DNA of 64,000 nucleotides from Malacoraja senta (taxonomy: Eukaryota). The stretch covers positions 9,240,001 to 9,304,000 of the forward strand of contig CM075989.1 in assembly GCA_038087875.1 (NCBI GenBank), in the 5' to 3' direction. Of the stretch, positions 12,011 to 25,108 are shown one piece after another. Position 1 is the first letter of the stretch; the number at the start of each line of letters is the position of its first letter. The position numbers and the translations under genes were made by a program. The notes below the pieces were generated by a model. That model saw nothing but the letters and a program-made list of their open reading frames with translations, did no database searches and was not told the DNA's origin.

Positions 12011-13954
12011 GATGACTGAAGTTTGTAGGGTATTGATCGATAGTTGAATTGATCGATGCATCCAGCAGAATTCAGGGCTATAAAAATCCTTGGAGACTTA
12101 AGTATAGTCCAAGAATCACAGTCATACACTACGGAAACAGGCCCTTTCATTCCATCTCATCCTTGCTAATCAAGGTGCCCCATATAAGCTGGTTCCATTT
12201 ACCCACATTTGGCCATATCTCTCTAAACCTTTCCAATTTATGTACCTATCAAATATGTTTTAAATGTTGTTATTGTACCAGTCTCAATAATGATCTCTGT
12301 CAGCTCATTACATATGCATACTACCCTCTGTGTGAAAAGGTTGTCTCTCAGATTCGTCTTAAATTTCTCCCCTCTCGCCTTAAACGGAGGCTTTAGCCTC
12401 TATCCAACTTAATAGAATGTATATTGTACCTGCCCCAACTACTCTTTCTGGCAGCTCGTTCCAAGCCATCCTCAGTGTGAAAAGTTCCCATTAAATCGTT
12501 CCCCTCTCACTTTAAACGTAAACTTTAGCCCCTTTCTAACTAATTGGAATGTATATTGTTAAGAAGTACAAGTTTTAAAGATAGGGATCAAAGGCACTAA
12601 AATAACTTCAAAGCTCTGTTGCTAAGTAATGTTATTGAAACTGAAATATATAATTGCACTTTCTGTCGGATCCGTCTTGGAAGTGCATAAAATGAAGGAG
12701 GAATGTTGGTGGGAACAGAAACACATTATTATGGCTGACATAAGTGTTAATTTACTGCCTTAGAATGGATGGGATGCAGCAAGTTGCAAGATTGAGGCAT
12801 TAGGCATCAAAACAAACAACCCACTTGTATTAGAATCAGTAAAGGAGGTGCAAGGGTGACTTGATGACTCAGTGGTTAATGCTGCTCAGCTACTTTGTCA
12901 TACAGTCCAAAAATGAAATCTCTGCCAAAGAACCAAGGAGAGAGATATTATTGATTTTAGAGATATTATTGATTTTAGAGATATGTTGGTAGCTCTGCCT
13001 GAAAGGCTGCTGGAAGGCTGTGGAGGCCAAGTCAATGGATATTTTTCAGGCAGAGATACAGTAGATAGATTCTTGATTAGCACATTGTCAGTGGTTATGG
13101 GGAGAAGGCAGGAGAATGGGATTAGGAGGGAGAGATAGATCAGCCGTGATTGAATGGTGGAGGAGACTTGATGGGCCGAATGGCCCAATTCTGCTCCTAT
13201 CACTTATGAAGCAGATTCAGAAAGGAATTAGATAAATACTAGAATGGAAACAAACATATGCAGGAATATGGGAAAAGAGTAGACAGCTGATAGAATTTAT
13301 TGTCTGATGAGGCAGCACGGAGGCAGTGGCCATTTGGCCTCCTTCTGTGGTGTGTGGTTCGTGATTCTCTGCACAGTCTGATCTCAGCCCTATTGTCGAC
13401 AATATTACCGGACCTCACCAGGCCTCAGGTGGGGTAAGGTCAGGTAATATCTCAGGTAACCATTACCTCCTGTATGTCATTCACTCTCTTCTCCCATTCT
13501 TGTTCTCTTTCCCATAATTTGCCTCCAGCTCCCCATTGCCCATTTTCACCCCCCTCCCCCTCCTGATTCCATCCACCTACTACAGTTACTCCATCGATTT
13601 CCCGGCACCCTTGGCTCCAGAGCCTTGACAGATTATCCATTTTGCCGGACCAACGGAGATCACGTAGCAATAATTCAACAATGCACCGCTGACCCACTAA
13701 TTATACCCCACCCGTGTCTCTAAAGCACCACGGACTGCTAGAATCTTAATTAAAGAATTAAAAGTTAACAACGAAGTAAGCAATTAACTCTTTCAAGACG
13801 GAGGCACGCGTCCTCAGTTGCTGGTAAATGAGTGGTGGACCTGTATCTACACGTTTCACCCACCCTCCATCTGTTCCTCACTTTCCCTTAATAGTTCCTA
13901 TATCACCTTATTTACATCAGACTCTAGCACGGATAGCCTTTGTGTCCCTGACCT

Positions 13955-14218
13955 TGGGTTCAATCCTGACCTCGGGTGCTGTCTGTTTGGAATTTGCACG
14001 TTCTCTCCGTGACTGCATGGGTTTCCTCCAGGTGCTCCAGTTTACTCCCACATCCCGAGGACGTGCGGGTTTGTAGGTTAATTGGACTCTGTAAAATTGC
14101 CCCTTGTATGTAGGGAGCAGATGAGAAAGTGGGAGAAGAGAAGTCGTGTGAACGGGTGATCAACGGTTGGCATGGATTTGGTGGGCCGAAGGCTCCGTTT
14201 CCATGCTGTATCTCCAAA
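13955..14218 (+). mobile_element. HE1-type SINE lacking its 5' head
   Basis: B box GGTTCAATCC, SINE body and tail GGGCCGAAGGCTCCGTTTCCATGCTGTATCTC. Confidence 0.8.
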
Positions 14219-14795
14219 AGGTTAAGACAACTATTCTCTTTCCAATCTATGTGGAAAGATGCTGCATTGCAAACATGGGCATGTTGAGCATCCAATGACC
14301 AATGGCAGAACTGAGGGGAAGGGGCTACTGGAGGTATCAGGTCACATAATGACACTTCTAGGGATACAACCAACCAGGCTTGGCAACAGTCCAACCTCAA
14401 ACTCAAGAGGGTAGTATCAGTGTGTGACTCAGGTCTGACTCGGTCTGAAGAAGGGTCTCGACCCGCAACGTTGCCTATTTCCTTCGCTCCATAGATGCTG
14501 CCTCACCCGCTGAGTTTCTCCAGCTTTTTTGTCTACCTTCCAGTTCCTTAAGAGTGGTGTTTTTACCCATGAGGTCACCGGGGCCACTTGGGAGAAAATC
14601 CAACATAATGGATTATGGTTTAGCCTGCAATGAATCAAATGAAATCCACATTATTTCCTTGCTTTGTGAACGAGGTTTCTTCCAGAAAAAGCTGAATTCT
14701 GATACACGTCAACCTTTCCAATACAGGGATCAGTATTATGTTTGGATTACAGTACAAAGAGCATACATGAAAGAAGCTTCACTTTTTGTACTTAC

Positions 14796-14810
14796 ACCTC
14801 GTTGTTTATC
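14796..14810 (-). CDS. Candidate 15-nt microexon (DKQRG in phase 0)
   Basis: Minus strand TTTTGATTTTATTGCAG|GATAAACAACGAGGT|GTAAGT, with a consensus donor and a U-rich acceptor, in ~700 bp of repeat-free sequence. Confidence 0.4.
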
Positions 14811-15800
14811 CTGCAATAAAATCAAAACATCATGCTTTTCAATGTGTGACCATACAAGATGTTTTGAAGCATATCTGAGATGAGTTGGAGATGGTGCATG
14901 AAATATTTGACCCTTAATGTGGTGTTGTCCATGGGTGACAGATAGACAGTACATTGGGTGTTGAAATGTGAAGAATTGAGAGGTGATTTGGTAATCACAT
15001 CAGGATTATACATTTATGTTATGTTTGGATCGAGACTCAACATAATTGGAATGAGCAGGAAGTGATTTAGTAGATTGGAATTCTGCTCTTGGGTTGAAGT
15101 TATGCTTGGCCTGGAGACACCGAGATGGAGTCAACAGGGTTTCTGTTACGTCTCAAACAAAATACGTTATTAAACACTGCTCTCATGTACTTAGGTTTCA
15201 AGAGAATTATATTTTGACTCTGGATCAAAGACAAGGCACAAACGTTTCATGAAAAATAGTAAGACCTTTTGTTTTTTTTTGTATCCAATTCCTGTCCTTG
15301 CCTCCAGAGAATACTGCCTCCTGCTGGTGTAAGATTCCACATTGTCAGCAATTCCACATTGCATCACTCAATAGCCAGTCTCCATGTATGGATTAGTTCA
15401 CCATTATATACCACGGAACCTCTGCAGCACTCAGGCACATGGTCAGGGGTGAAACGTGAGCCTCAGGAGAGAGCCTGGATCAAAGTAAGAACGAGATTTC
15501 TATATAAGGAAAATATTTCATTGATGCTTCTCCTGCCTTGCCTTTCTGACCCCTCTTTGGACCAGTGGTGAAACCACATTGGTCAGATATCAGTTGAATT
15601 GGCAATGTTAGATGATTAGTAATCCCGAGGTTTGGACGAATGATCCAGATATGTTATATTCCACATTGGAAATGGAGAATATCAATTCATTGAACAAACA
15701 GTTAAAAGCTAGTGTCAGTAATGGGGAGCATGGAATTCTCAAGTGTTATAGGCCACAACTAGTTTGCTGATGAAATGTGTCGGAAGGAACTGCAGATGCT

Positions 15801-15983
15801 CACTTCTGGTGGCGCCATGGAGCTGTAAGGGCGCAGCATTGAGCTCCGCTCCTGCTAAAATCGCAAAAAAGCCGTTTTGAAAGACGGGACCGATTTAAAA
15901 ATACTCACCGGAGCTGTTTGAAGTCGCGTAAGTGACGTCATCAGAAATCGCCGCGAAAAAACGGAGTTTAATGGGAGTTTTAA
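15801..15983 (+). promoter_or_regulatory. L1 5' UTR / probable internal promoter
   Basis: CpG-rich, with a GCGCCATGG (YY1-like) motif near +12 and a perfect CRE TGACGTCA at 15933-15940. Confidence 0.55.
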
Positions 15984-17053
15984 ATGAGTAAAGGGAATCG
16001 TCCACGGAGACCCAAGAAAACTGCTACCAGTCTCCATCTTCAGGAACCTGGTAAAGTTCTGCAAACTCTGCAATCAACAACAGAAAGCTCGGGAGAAGAG
16101 CCTGACTCTCAACGTTTTGTGTCTGAAATGGCTTCAAAAGGAGAGATAAAGGAGAAAGAGAAAGAGATGAAGCAATTGGAACATATGGTAAGAACCAATG
16201 TTACTAAGGACTTTTCCCAAACGGTAGCGGACGTGAACACTACATTGGAGAATAATCTCTCTAAATTGGAGAATAACCTCTCTAAAAAAACTGATACTGC
16301 TTGTGGTGAATTAAAGCTGTAAAGAAGCAGTTTAAAGAGCTTGATAAAAAGTCAACGGCAGAATTTACCAGAATGGAAAAAGACTATAATAAGAAATTTG
16401 AGAAGATGTTTGAGAATATGAAAAAGTCTGATAAGTTGATGGAAGATATGGAGACTGTAATGAGCGAGATGGCTCAGGAAATAACGAGTCTGAAAAGAGC
16501 ACAAGAATCTGCTGGGGAGCAACTTGTTAAAATGACTGATAAATGTCTGGACTTGGAAGCGAGGTCGAGAAGGCAGAATTTAAGAATTGTTGGAGTACAG
16601 GAGGGACGAGAGCGTTGCCAACTTACTTAAAGAAGTTTTTAAACTGCCGGAAAACCCGAGAATAGATGTGGCTCACCGGGTAGGACGTTTCCAAACACCT
16701 AATGACCAAATGACCAAATGCCTCCCCAAGACAGATGGTAGTGAAATTTCTCGACATCTCTGCACTGGAAAATATATTGAAAATATATTTGCCGGGGATA
16801 ATCTTAGATTCTTCCGTGATTATCCCCCTGAAATCGTCAAAAAAAGGATCTTGTTCACAAAGACAAGAAATACTTTGAAAGGAATCCCCAATATGGGGTG
16901 ATATATCCTCCAAAAATGAAGATTACTTATAATTCTACTGAACGCTCCTTTACGGATCCAGAACTAGCATTTAAATATGCACAAGATATCGCAAAGGAAA
17001 CAGAGGAGAACGCTGAAGATCAGACTTTTAATAAAAGATTTTGTTCTAATTAA
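15984..17053 (+). pseudogene. L1 ORF1p (coiled coil, RRM, CTD), frameshifted
   Basis: Fragments MSKGNRPRR..., DLEARSRRQNLRIVGV, IDVAHRVG, NLRFFRDYPPEIVKKR and YPPKMKITY...FTDPELA. Stop TAA at 17051-17053. Confidence 0.88.
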
Positions 17054-18151
17054 GATGGCGGAACTCTTTTCCAGACAGTTACCAGACATGCTTATCTGTC
17101 TGGAATGTGTTTTCGAGCGTAGAGTCCATGTTTCACCTTGAATGGAAAACCTAAAGATAAACAAAATGAAGTCGAAGATACAGAATTAAAATTGAGCGAC
17201 ACGGAAAGAAACATAAACGGACTGGAATATAAAAATCTGTTGATTTAAGAAAATCTTTAATTATTATATATTAATATTAAATAATCAATTAATCTAACTA
17301 ACTTAATAATACTAATCTTCTTTTAATGTAATCTGTAAATATGACTAACTCACGGAGCGGGGGGATAAAAGGAGCTTAGTCCACGATGTTAAATAATTTT
17401 AACCTAGTTTAAAGGTAATGAACTAAAATTGATGAAATATACTAAAATACAGTAATTAACTAAAATGTTCATAATAATACTAACATAATATAACCGTGTG
17501 TGAAGGAGGGAGGAGCATCATACACTTGGAAAAGATCCAGATGCTTGGCTCTGTTTAACCCCTTGGAACCTGCTTGTACTTAAGATAAAGACTGGGATAT
17601 AATGTAATAACTTCGGGTGTATAATGTATAATTTACATATGGTAAAGTTTAGAACAGATTTAATGCTAGACCAATTGGAAATGCATATATATATACATAT
17701 AGAATTGAATGTCTGGTTTTTTTGGGGGGGTTTTCCCTCTCTTTCTGAAGTCTTTTTTTTTCTGTTTTTATCTGCTCTGGTTGGATAAATTAAAAAAAAT
17801 ATGAAAGGGCCCGCAGCCTTTCATGAAACTCGGTCAAGGGGACGGAGCTCAATGTACAATAACAACAACAGAAGTCTACAAATTTTTCCCCACCTTAGGT
17901 GGCTTTTCGTTTTTAAGGTATCTTCTCTTAGATACCTTAACATCACCTTTTTTTTTAATCACTACCACGATTCTTATTTTTTATTTTTTTAAATTAATAT
18001 CACAACACATTCTTTCTTTTTTTTCTTATCAAGGTATAATAGAGGAAGGAGATGCAAAACAAATCTAAAAGTTCGGGACGACCACCGAACACCCAGAGTT
18101 CTGACGTATTTGGTTGCACCATATGAATAAAAAATATCAAACTGATCTATA

Positions 18152-21150
18152 ATGCAAGACGATAGACAAATAAAGAATGGAGGAATTACGTTCTGCAGCT
18201 GTAATATAAGGGGTGCCAATGAACCAATTAAGAGGGGCAAGATTTTTGTCCAATTAAAATCATTCAATTCTGACATCATTTTTTTGCAGGAAACACATAT
18301 GAAACAACAAACACAGATGAGATTGAAGGCAAATTGGATGTCAAACATATTATTCTTCATTTACTTCTAAATCTAGAGGTACGGCTATTATCATTCGAAA
18401 AGGTATACCATTTTAATTAAAGAATACTATATCAGATAAAGAGGGAAGGTATATTTTAGTTTCGGGAGAAATTTACTCCACCCCATTGACTATGATAAAT
18501 ATTTACACTCCGAATTTTGATAACCCCCAATTTTTAAATAAAATTCTGGATATAATATCAGAGTTTAATTACCAAAATGTAATAATAGGGGGGGGACTTC
18601 AATTGCGTTTTAGACCCATATTTAGACAAATCAGTAAAACAAAGGAAGGGTAACTTAAAATCTAAGACTAATGAACTTCTAAATACTTATATAAATAATA
18701 CTAATATAACAGATGTATGGAGAACTGCTAACCCAACTGGAAGGGAATATTCGTTTTACTCATCGGTACATAAAACTTATTCACGAATTGATTATTTCTT
18801 AGTGGATACAAAATTAATTCCATATACAATCAATCCTAAATACCACAATAGTATTATTTCCGATCATTCCCCGTTGACTTTTCTATTAAAATTTAAGGGA
18901 ATGCCGGGAAAAAAATCTTTCTGGAAGTTTAACACCCAAATCTTAAACAACCCACAAGGTTATATATATCTAAAACAACAAATGAAATTTTTGTTTGAGA
19001 CAAATGAGACACCAGGTATTGCACCTTCTTTATTATGGGAAACTTTCAAGGCATTTATCAGAGGAGTTATAATCCCATATCAAATTTTCCAAAATAAAAA
19101 GAATAAGACAGAACAACTGATGTTAGAACAAGAAATCAGACAATTAGAGTTAGATAATGTCAAAGATCCAACTACAGATAAACATAATAAGATAATACTA
19201 TTGAAATTTAAACTTAATCGAATTTTATCGGCAAGAGTAGTAAGATTATTACAAATTACAAAACAGGAACATTTTGAATTGGGTGATAAGCCACATAAAC
19301 TCTTAGCTCGTCAATTGAAAAAACAAGAAAAGGAAATTACTATCACTAAAATTAAATCAGAGAAAGGTGAATTACTAACATTACCTAAGGACATTAACAA
19401 AAGATTTGCTCAATTTTATCAAAATCTATATACATCTAAAACTAAAATAGAAGATAGCAAAATTATAATTTTTTTAGTTATTTAGTAGGTAATTTTTTAG
19501 GTAATCTTCCAAAACTTGACATCTCGGAACAAGAGGAATTAGGAGCTCAGATTACACTTGAAGAAATAGGAGAAACAATAAAATCGTTGAAAAATGGTAA
19601 GACGCCTGGACCAGTTGGTTTTAGCAATGAATTTTACAAAAGATTTCACGAGATAACGGCTCCACGTTTACTTAAATTATATACTCATGACTTTAAAGAA
19701 AATAAACTACCAGAAACATTACCTGAATCAACTATTACGCTTATACCAAAAACGATAAAGATTTAGAAGAACCAGGCTCATATAGAGCTATATCACTTTT
19801 AAATACAGATCAGAAAATTTTAGCAAAGACCTCAGCAAGAAGGTTGAGTAAATACATTAGTAAATTGATAAATCCAGATCAAACGGGGTTTATACTCAAA
19901 AGACATTCATTTAATAATTTGAGACCCCTGTTTAATATAATGTACTCACATAAAACGGAAGAAGAAGATATATCAATTGTTTCTCTGGACGCAGAGAAAG
20001 CATTTGATCAGGTAGAGTGACAGTATTTATATAAAGTACTGCAAAAATTTAGTATGGGAGAGAATTTTATTGTATGGATAAAATTATTATATGACAAACC
20101 GACGGCAAGAATATTAACTAATAACATGTTATGTCCAAAATTTCAATTATCGAGGGGCAATAGGCAGGGATGTGCATTATCACCCCTGCTATTTGCCCTT
20201 ATGATAGAGCCCTTAGCTGAAAGTATAAGAATTCATCTGAATATTCGGGGATATAATACTAAGGACTCAAATAATAAAATTTTATTATACGCAGACGATA
20301 TACTTCTATACATTACAAATTCACAAACGAGCATACCAAACTTATTAAATTTAATAGAGGAATTCGGTTCTTTTTCAGGATACAGAATAAACTGGAATAA
20401 AAGTGAAATCATGACGTTAAAACCTCAAGAATCGACACACCTATTAAAATTCCCCTTTAAAATTGCAACAGAAAAATTTAAGTATTTGGGTATTCAAATT
20501 ACTAGAAAATACAAATCATTATTTAATGCTAATTTTATGCCTTGATTAAATTCTGGATTAAATTCTGGAAAACACTCCTTTGTTATTAATAGGCAGAATA
20601 AACGCTATAAAAATGATCTTTTTACCACAAATATTATACCTATTTCAATCTATACCATTATACATACCAAAAAACTTCTTCAAAAAACTAGACTCTAACA
20701 TTACCAACTTTATTTGGGACTATAGATCACATGGAATTCAAAGAAAACACCTGTGTAAACCCAAAGACGCTGAGGGACTTTCACTTCTGAACTTTTTGTA
20801 TTATTACTGGGCAGTGCATATTAAGAATATAATTTATTGGTTGGACAGTCCTACCCAACAGACAGAATGGATAAGAATGGAGAAAGAGGATTGTTCTCCT
20901 TGTAATATAGGAGCGATCCTCTTCTCCCCGATAAAACTGAACAACACAATATATAAGAATAATCCAATTATCCACAATACAATAAGAATTTGGAAACAAA
21001 TAAAATTAACGTTAAAATTAAGAACCTATCATTCTTAACGCCAATAGTGAATAATCCTTCATTTAAACCATCTCTTACCAATGTGAAAGAATGGGAATTA
21101 AAAGGATCGGCGATATGTATGAAATGTGAAATCTGTTATCATTCCAACAA
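18152..21150 (+). pseudogene. L1 ORF2p 5' part: APE endonuclease and reverse transcriptase, with frameshifts and stops
   Basis: NIRG, FLQETH, GGDFN, SRIDYF and SDHSP (endonuclease); RQGCALSPLLFAL, LYADDILLY and KYLGI (RT). Confidence 0.93.
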
Positions 21151-21175
21151 TCTATCTATCTATCTATCTATATTT

Positions 21176-21180
<5 letters not shown>

Positions 21181-21270
<90 letters not shown>
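21181..21270. repeat. (TG)n microsatellite in the Helitron-like 5' module
   Basis: Perfect TG run of about 90 bp. Confidence 0.97.
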
Positions 21271-21273
<3 letters not shown>

Positions 21274-21714
21274 CTGCCTGTCTTGTGGGTGCCAGCCTTG
21301 CCTTTGATTCGTTGCTACACCAACACCACACGCAGAAACGCTGAGATATTTTCCATTTCGGTAGAGATTTCACTTTTCATTCCAGGTATCCACTCCTGAT
21401 TAAATTTCGTCCTGTTTATGTACACATTTTAAAATAAAATCCTTCTCCCCGCCTCTCCCCCAAAATTTCAAAACGTTAAAAAAAAACAGCTCTCACCCAT
21501 AGAATGTTGGTGAACGTTCCACCGTGTGATGTCACAATGCCCAATGCTCACAGATGTCCAATCGGAATGGATCCATTTACATATGCCTTTGCAGCATCCC
21601 CAGCCCCAGCCCCTCCCCCCACCCTCGCAGCCTGTGTCGAAGCGCGTCATCACTTGTGTGGGAATAGAGAAAGAGGATTGGGGGTGATAGGGAATGGGGA
21701 ACAGATGGACTGTC

Positions 21715-22795
21715 CCTACCCCTCCCCCTTCCACTGTCCCTCCCCACTATTTCCTCTCTCTCCCCCCACCCCTCTCCCCCTCCCTCCACACTCTTCCCCC
21801 TCCCTCCCCTACCCCATCTCCTTCCTCCCCTCCCTCCCCCATCCCTCCCCCCTCCCCACACCTCTCTCCACCTCCCCCATCCCTCTCTCCCCCTCCCCCA
21901 CCCCTCTCTCCTCCCCTCTCCATCTCCCTCTCCTCACCCTCTCCCTCTCCCCCTCCTCCTCCCACCCCCATCCCTCTCTCCCCCACCCCCTTCCCTCTCC
22001 CCCTTCCCTCCCCCACCCCCTTCCCTCTCTCCCCCACCCCCCACCCCCACCCCCTTCCCTCTCTCTCCCACCCCTTCCCCCTCCCCACTCTTCCCCCTCC
22101 ATGCACACTCTTCCCCCTCTACCCCCTACCTCATCTCCCTCCTTGCCTCCCTCCCCCTCCCCCACACCTCCCCCCCTCCCCTCTCTCCTCCCCTCCCCCA
22201 CCCCGCTCCCCCCTCTCCATCTCCCTCTCCATCTCCCTCTCCTCACCCCTCTTCCTCTCCTCCCCCTCCTCCTCCCACCCCCATCACCCTCTCCCCACCC
22301 CCTTCCCTCTCTACCCCACCCCCTTCCCTCTCTCCCCCCACCCCCTTCCCCCTACCCCTCTGTCCTTCTTCCACCACTCCCCATACCCCTCCCTCCCCAC
22401 TCTTCCACCTCTCCCCCTTACCCCACCCCTCTCCCTCTCCCTCCCCCACCCCTCTCTCTCCCCCTCCCTTCCCCCTCCCTCCCCTCTCTCCCCCACCCCT
22501 TCCCCTACCCCTCTGTCCCTCTTCCACCACTCCCCCTCCCTCCCTCCCCACTCTTCCACTTCTCTCCCCCCTGCCCCTCCCACTCTCCCTCCCCACTCTT
22601 TCCCCTACCTCCCCCCACCCCTCTCTCCCTCCCTCCACACTCTTCTCCCACCCTCCCCTCCCCCATCTCCCTCCACCCCTCCCTCCCCCATCCCTACCCC
22701 CTCCCCCTCCCCCACACCTCTCTCCCCCTCCCCCATCCCTCTCTCCTCCCGTCCCCCACTCCTCTTTCCTCCCCCTCTCCATCTCCCTCTCTCCG
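21715..22795. repeat. Polypyrimidine (C/T) low-complexity tract 1
   Basis: About 1.1 kb almost devoid of G on the + strand, with degenerate internal repeats. Confidence 0.95.
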
Positions 22796-23341
22796 GGGGG
22801 GGGGGTTAGTGTGACGCCGCAGCCCCCCCCCCCGCTAACGGGCATTGGGGAAACACTTGGTCTAGTATACTTTTAAAACTCTGTGTGTGTGTGGATGTGT
22901 TTATTTATTTGTGGGTGTCACATTTGGCCTTTGATTCCTTGCTCCGCCAAAACCACACGCGAAAACTCTGCGATTGTTTCCATTTCGCTAGACATTACAT
23001 ACCCTAACACACTCCTTATTAGATTTAGACATTTTTATGTACACATTTTAAAATAAAATATTCTCCCCCCCCGCCCCCCCCACCACTATTTTTTTTTAAT
23101 CCTGCTGGCCAGCGAGCTGCTGCATGACTCACAGTGCCATCACAGATGTCCAATCACAATGGATCTCATTTACCTATGATATGACATCACAATGGGTCTG
23201 GGCTAGGAGATTGGAACCTTCATGTGAGCCCACTCAAATCAAACAACTGCATGACTCACAGAGCCATCTCACAGATGTACAATCACAATGGATCCCACGA
23301 ATGCAATCAACCTGGCATGCACAATCAAATAGAGCAATTTG

Positions 23342-25108
23342 TCCTACCCCCCTCCCTATCTACCCCCTCCCTATCTACCCCCTCCCTCCTCCACCTCTAC
23401 CCATCCTATCCTCCCCCCTCTCCTATCCTCCACCCCCTCATGTTCTCCCCCTCCACCTCCCCCCTCCTCATCTCTCTCCTCTCTCTCTCTCCCCCCTCCA
23501 ACTCCCCGTCCCATCTCCTCCAACCCCCTCACTCACCCCCTCCTCTCTGTCCTCCCCTCCCTCCCCCCTCTCCCCTGTACTCTCTCTCTCCCCTCTATTC
23601 TCTCTCTTCCCTCCCTCCCTCCCCGTGTCTTTCCCCCTCTCCCCCCTTCTCGCTCCCCTTCTCTCTCCACCCTCCTCTCTCCCCCCTCCTGTCTCTCTCC
23701 CTCCTCCCTCTCCCCCTCTTCTCTCTCCCTCTCCTCTCTCCCCATCCAATCTCTCTCCACCTCTCCCCTCCCTCTCCCCCCACCTCTACCACCCCCTCTC
23801 CTTTCTCCCTCCCCCTCCCTTTTATCCCCCTCCCCTCTACCCCCTCCACATCGTGTTCTCCTCTCCCTCTCCATCCCCCCCTCTCCATCCCCACTCTCCA
23901 CCCTCACCTCCCCTCCTCCACCCTCCCCATCACCTCGCCCCCCTCCTCTTCTCTCCCCACCTCCCCTCCCCCTCCACCTCTCCCTCTCCTCTTCTCTCCA
24001 CCCTCCCACTCTCCCCCTCCTCTTCTCCCCCTCCAAGTCTCCCCTCACCTCTCCTCTCACCCCCTCACTCACCCCCTCCTCTCTCTCCCCCTACCTCCCC
24101 CTCTCCCATCTATTCGCTCTCTCCCCTCTAATCTTTCTGTCTTCCATCTAATCTCTTTCTCCCCATCCTCACTTCCACCCCCATGCCTTTCTCCCACTCC
24201 CCCTTCTCTATCCCACTCCCCCTTCTCTCTCCCACTCCCCCTTTTCTCTCTCCCCTTCTCTCTCCCCCTTCTCTCTCTCCCCCTTCTCTCTCCCCCTTCT
24301 CTCTCCCCCTTCTCTCTCCCCCCTTTTCTCTCCCCCTTTCTCTCTCCCTCCTCTCTCTCCCCATCCTCTCTCTCCCTCCTCTCTCTTCCCATCCTCTCTC
24401 TCTCCCTCCTCTCTCTCCCCCTCTTCTTTCTCCCCCTCCATCCCCTCCTTCTCCTCTCTCCCCCTCCAATCTCTCTCCACCTCCCCCCTCTCCCCTCCCC
24501 TCTCCCCCCACCTCTACCACCCTCTCTCCTCCCTCTTCTCTCCCTCCCCCTCCCCACTCTGCCCCCCTCCCTTCTACCCCCTCCACTCCCCCTCCACCCT
24601 CCACCTCTTATTCTCCTCTCCCTCTCCACCCTCCCCTCTCCTCCCCCCTCTCCCCCCTCCACCTCTCCCCCCTCCACCTCTCCCCCTCCTCTTCTCTCCC
24701 CCCAACCGCTCTCCTTTTCTCTCCCCCTCCAACTCTCCCCCTCCTCTTCTCTTCCCTCCAATTCTCCCCCTCCCCTCTCCTCCCTCCCCTCTAATCTCCG
24801 TCTCCTCTCCCTCCCCCTCTTCCCCTCTCGTCTCCCCTTTTCCCCTCTTCCCCTCTCCTCTCCCCTCCCCTTTCCCTCCCCCTCCCCCACCCTACTCTAC
24901 CCCCCTCAGCCACCCCTCTTTCCCCCTCCCGTATCTACCACACCCTTCCCCCTACCCCTGTCTCCCCCTTTACCCTCCCTGCTCTCCTCCCCTCCCCTCC
25001 CCACTCTCTCCCCCCTCCCCCCCTCTCCCCCCTCCTCCCCCCTCTCCTCCCCCCTCTCTCCTCCCCCTCCCCCTCTCTGCTCACCCATCTCTGCTCACCC
25101 CTCTCTCC
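23342..25108. repeat. Polypyrimidine (C/T) low-complexity tract 2
   Basis: About 1.8 kb of CT-rich degenerate repeats such as CTCTCTCCCCCTT. Confidence 0.95.

Noticed and set aside
12940..12985. Short tandem repeats (18-bp unit here, 12-13-bp units at 11163-11205) as CRISPR-like arrays
   Set aside because: No spacers, only 2-3 units, eukaryotic context; simple slippage duplications.
13437..13954. Possible TIR element (AGGTCAGG ... CCTGACCT) interrupting a SINE head
   Set aside because: Only 8 bp of inverted match and no clear TSD.
15784..15800. Sequence-specific targeting of the Penelope tail by this L1
   Set aside because: A single event in a very abundant repeat cannot show specificity.
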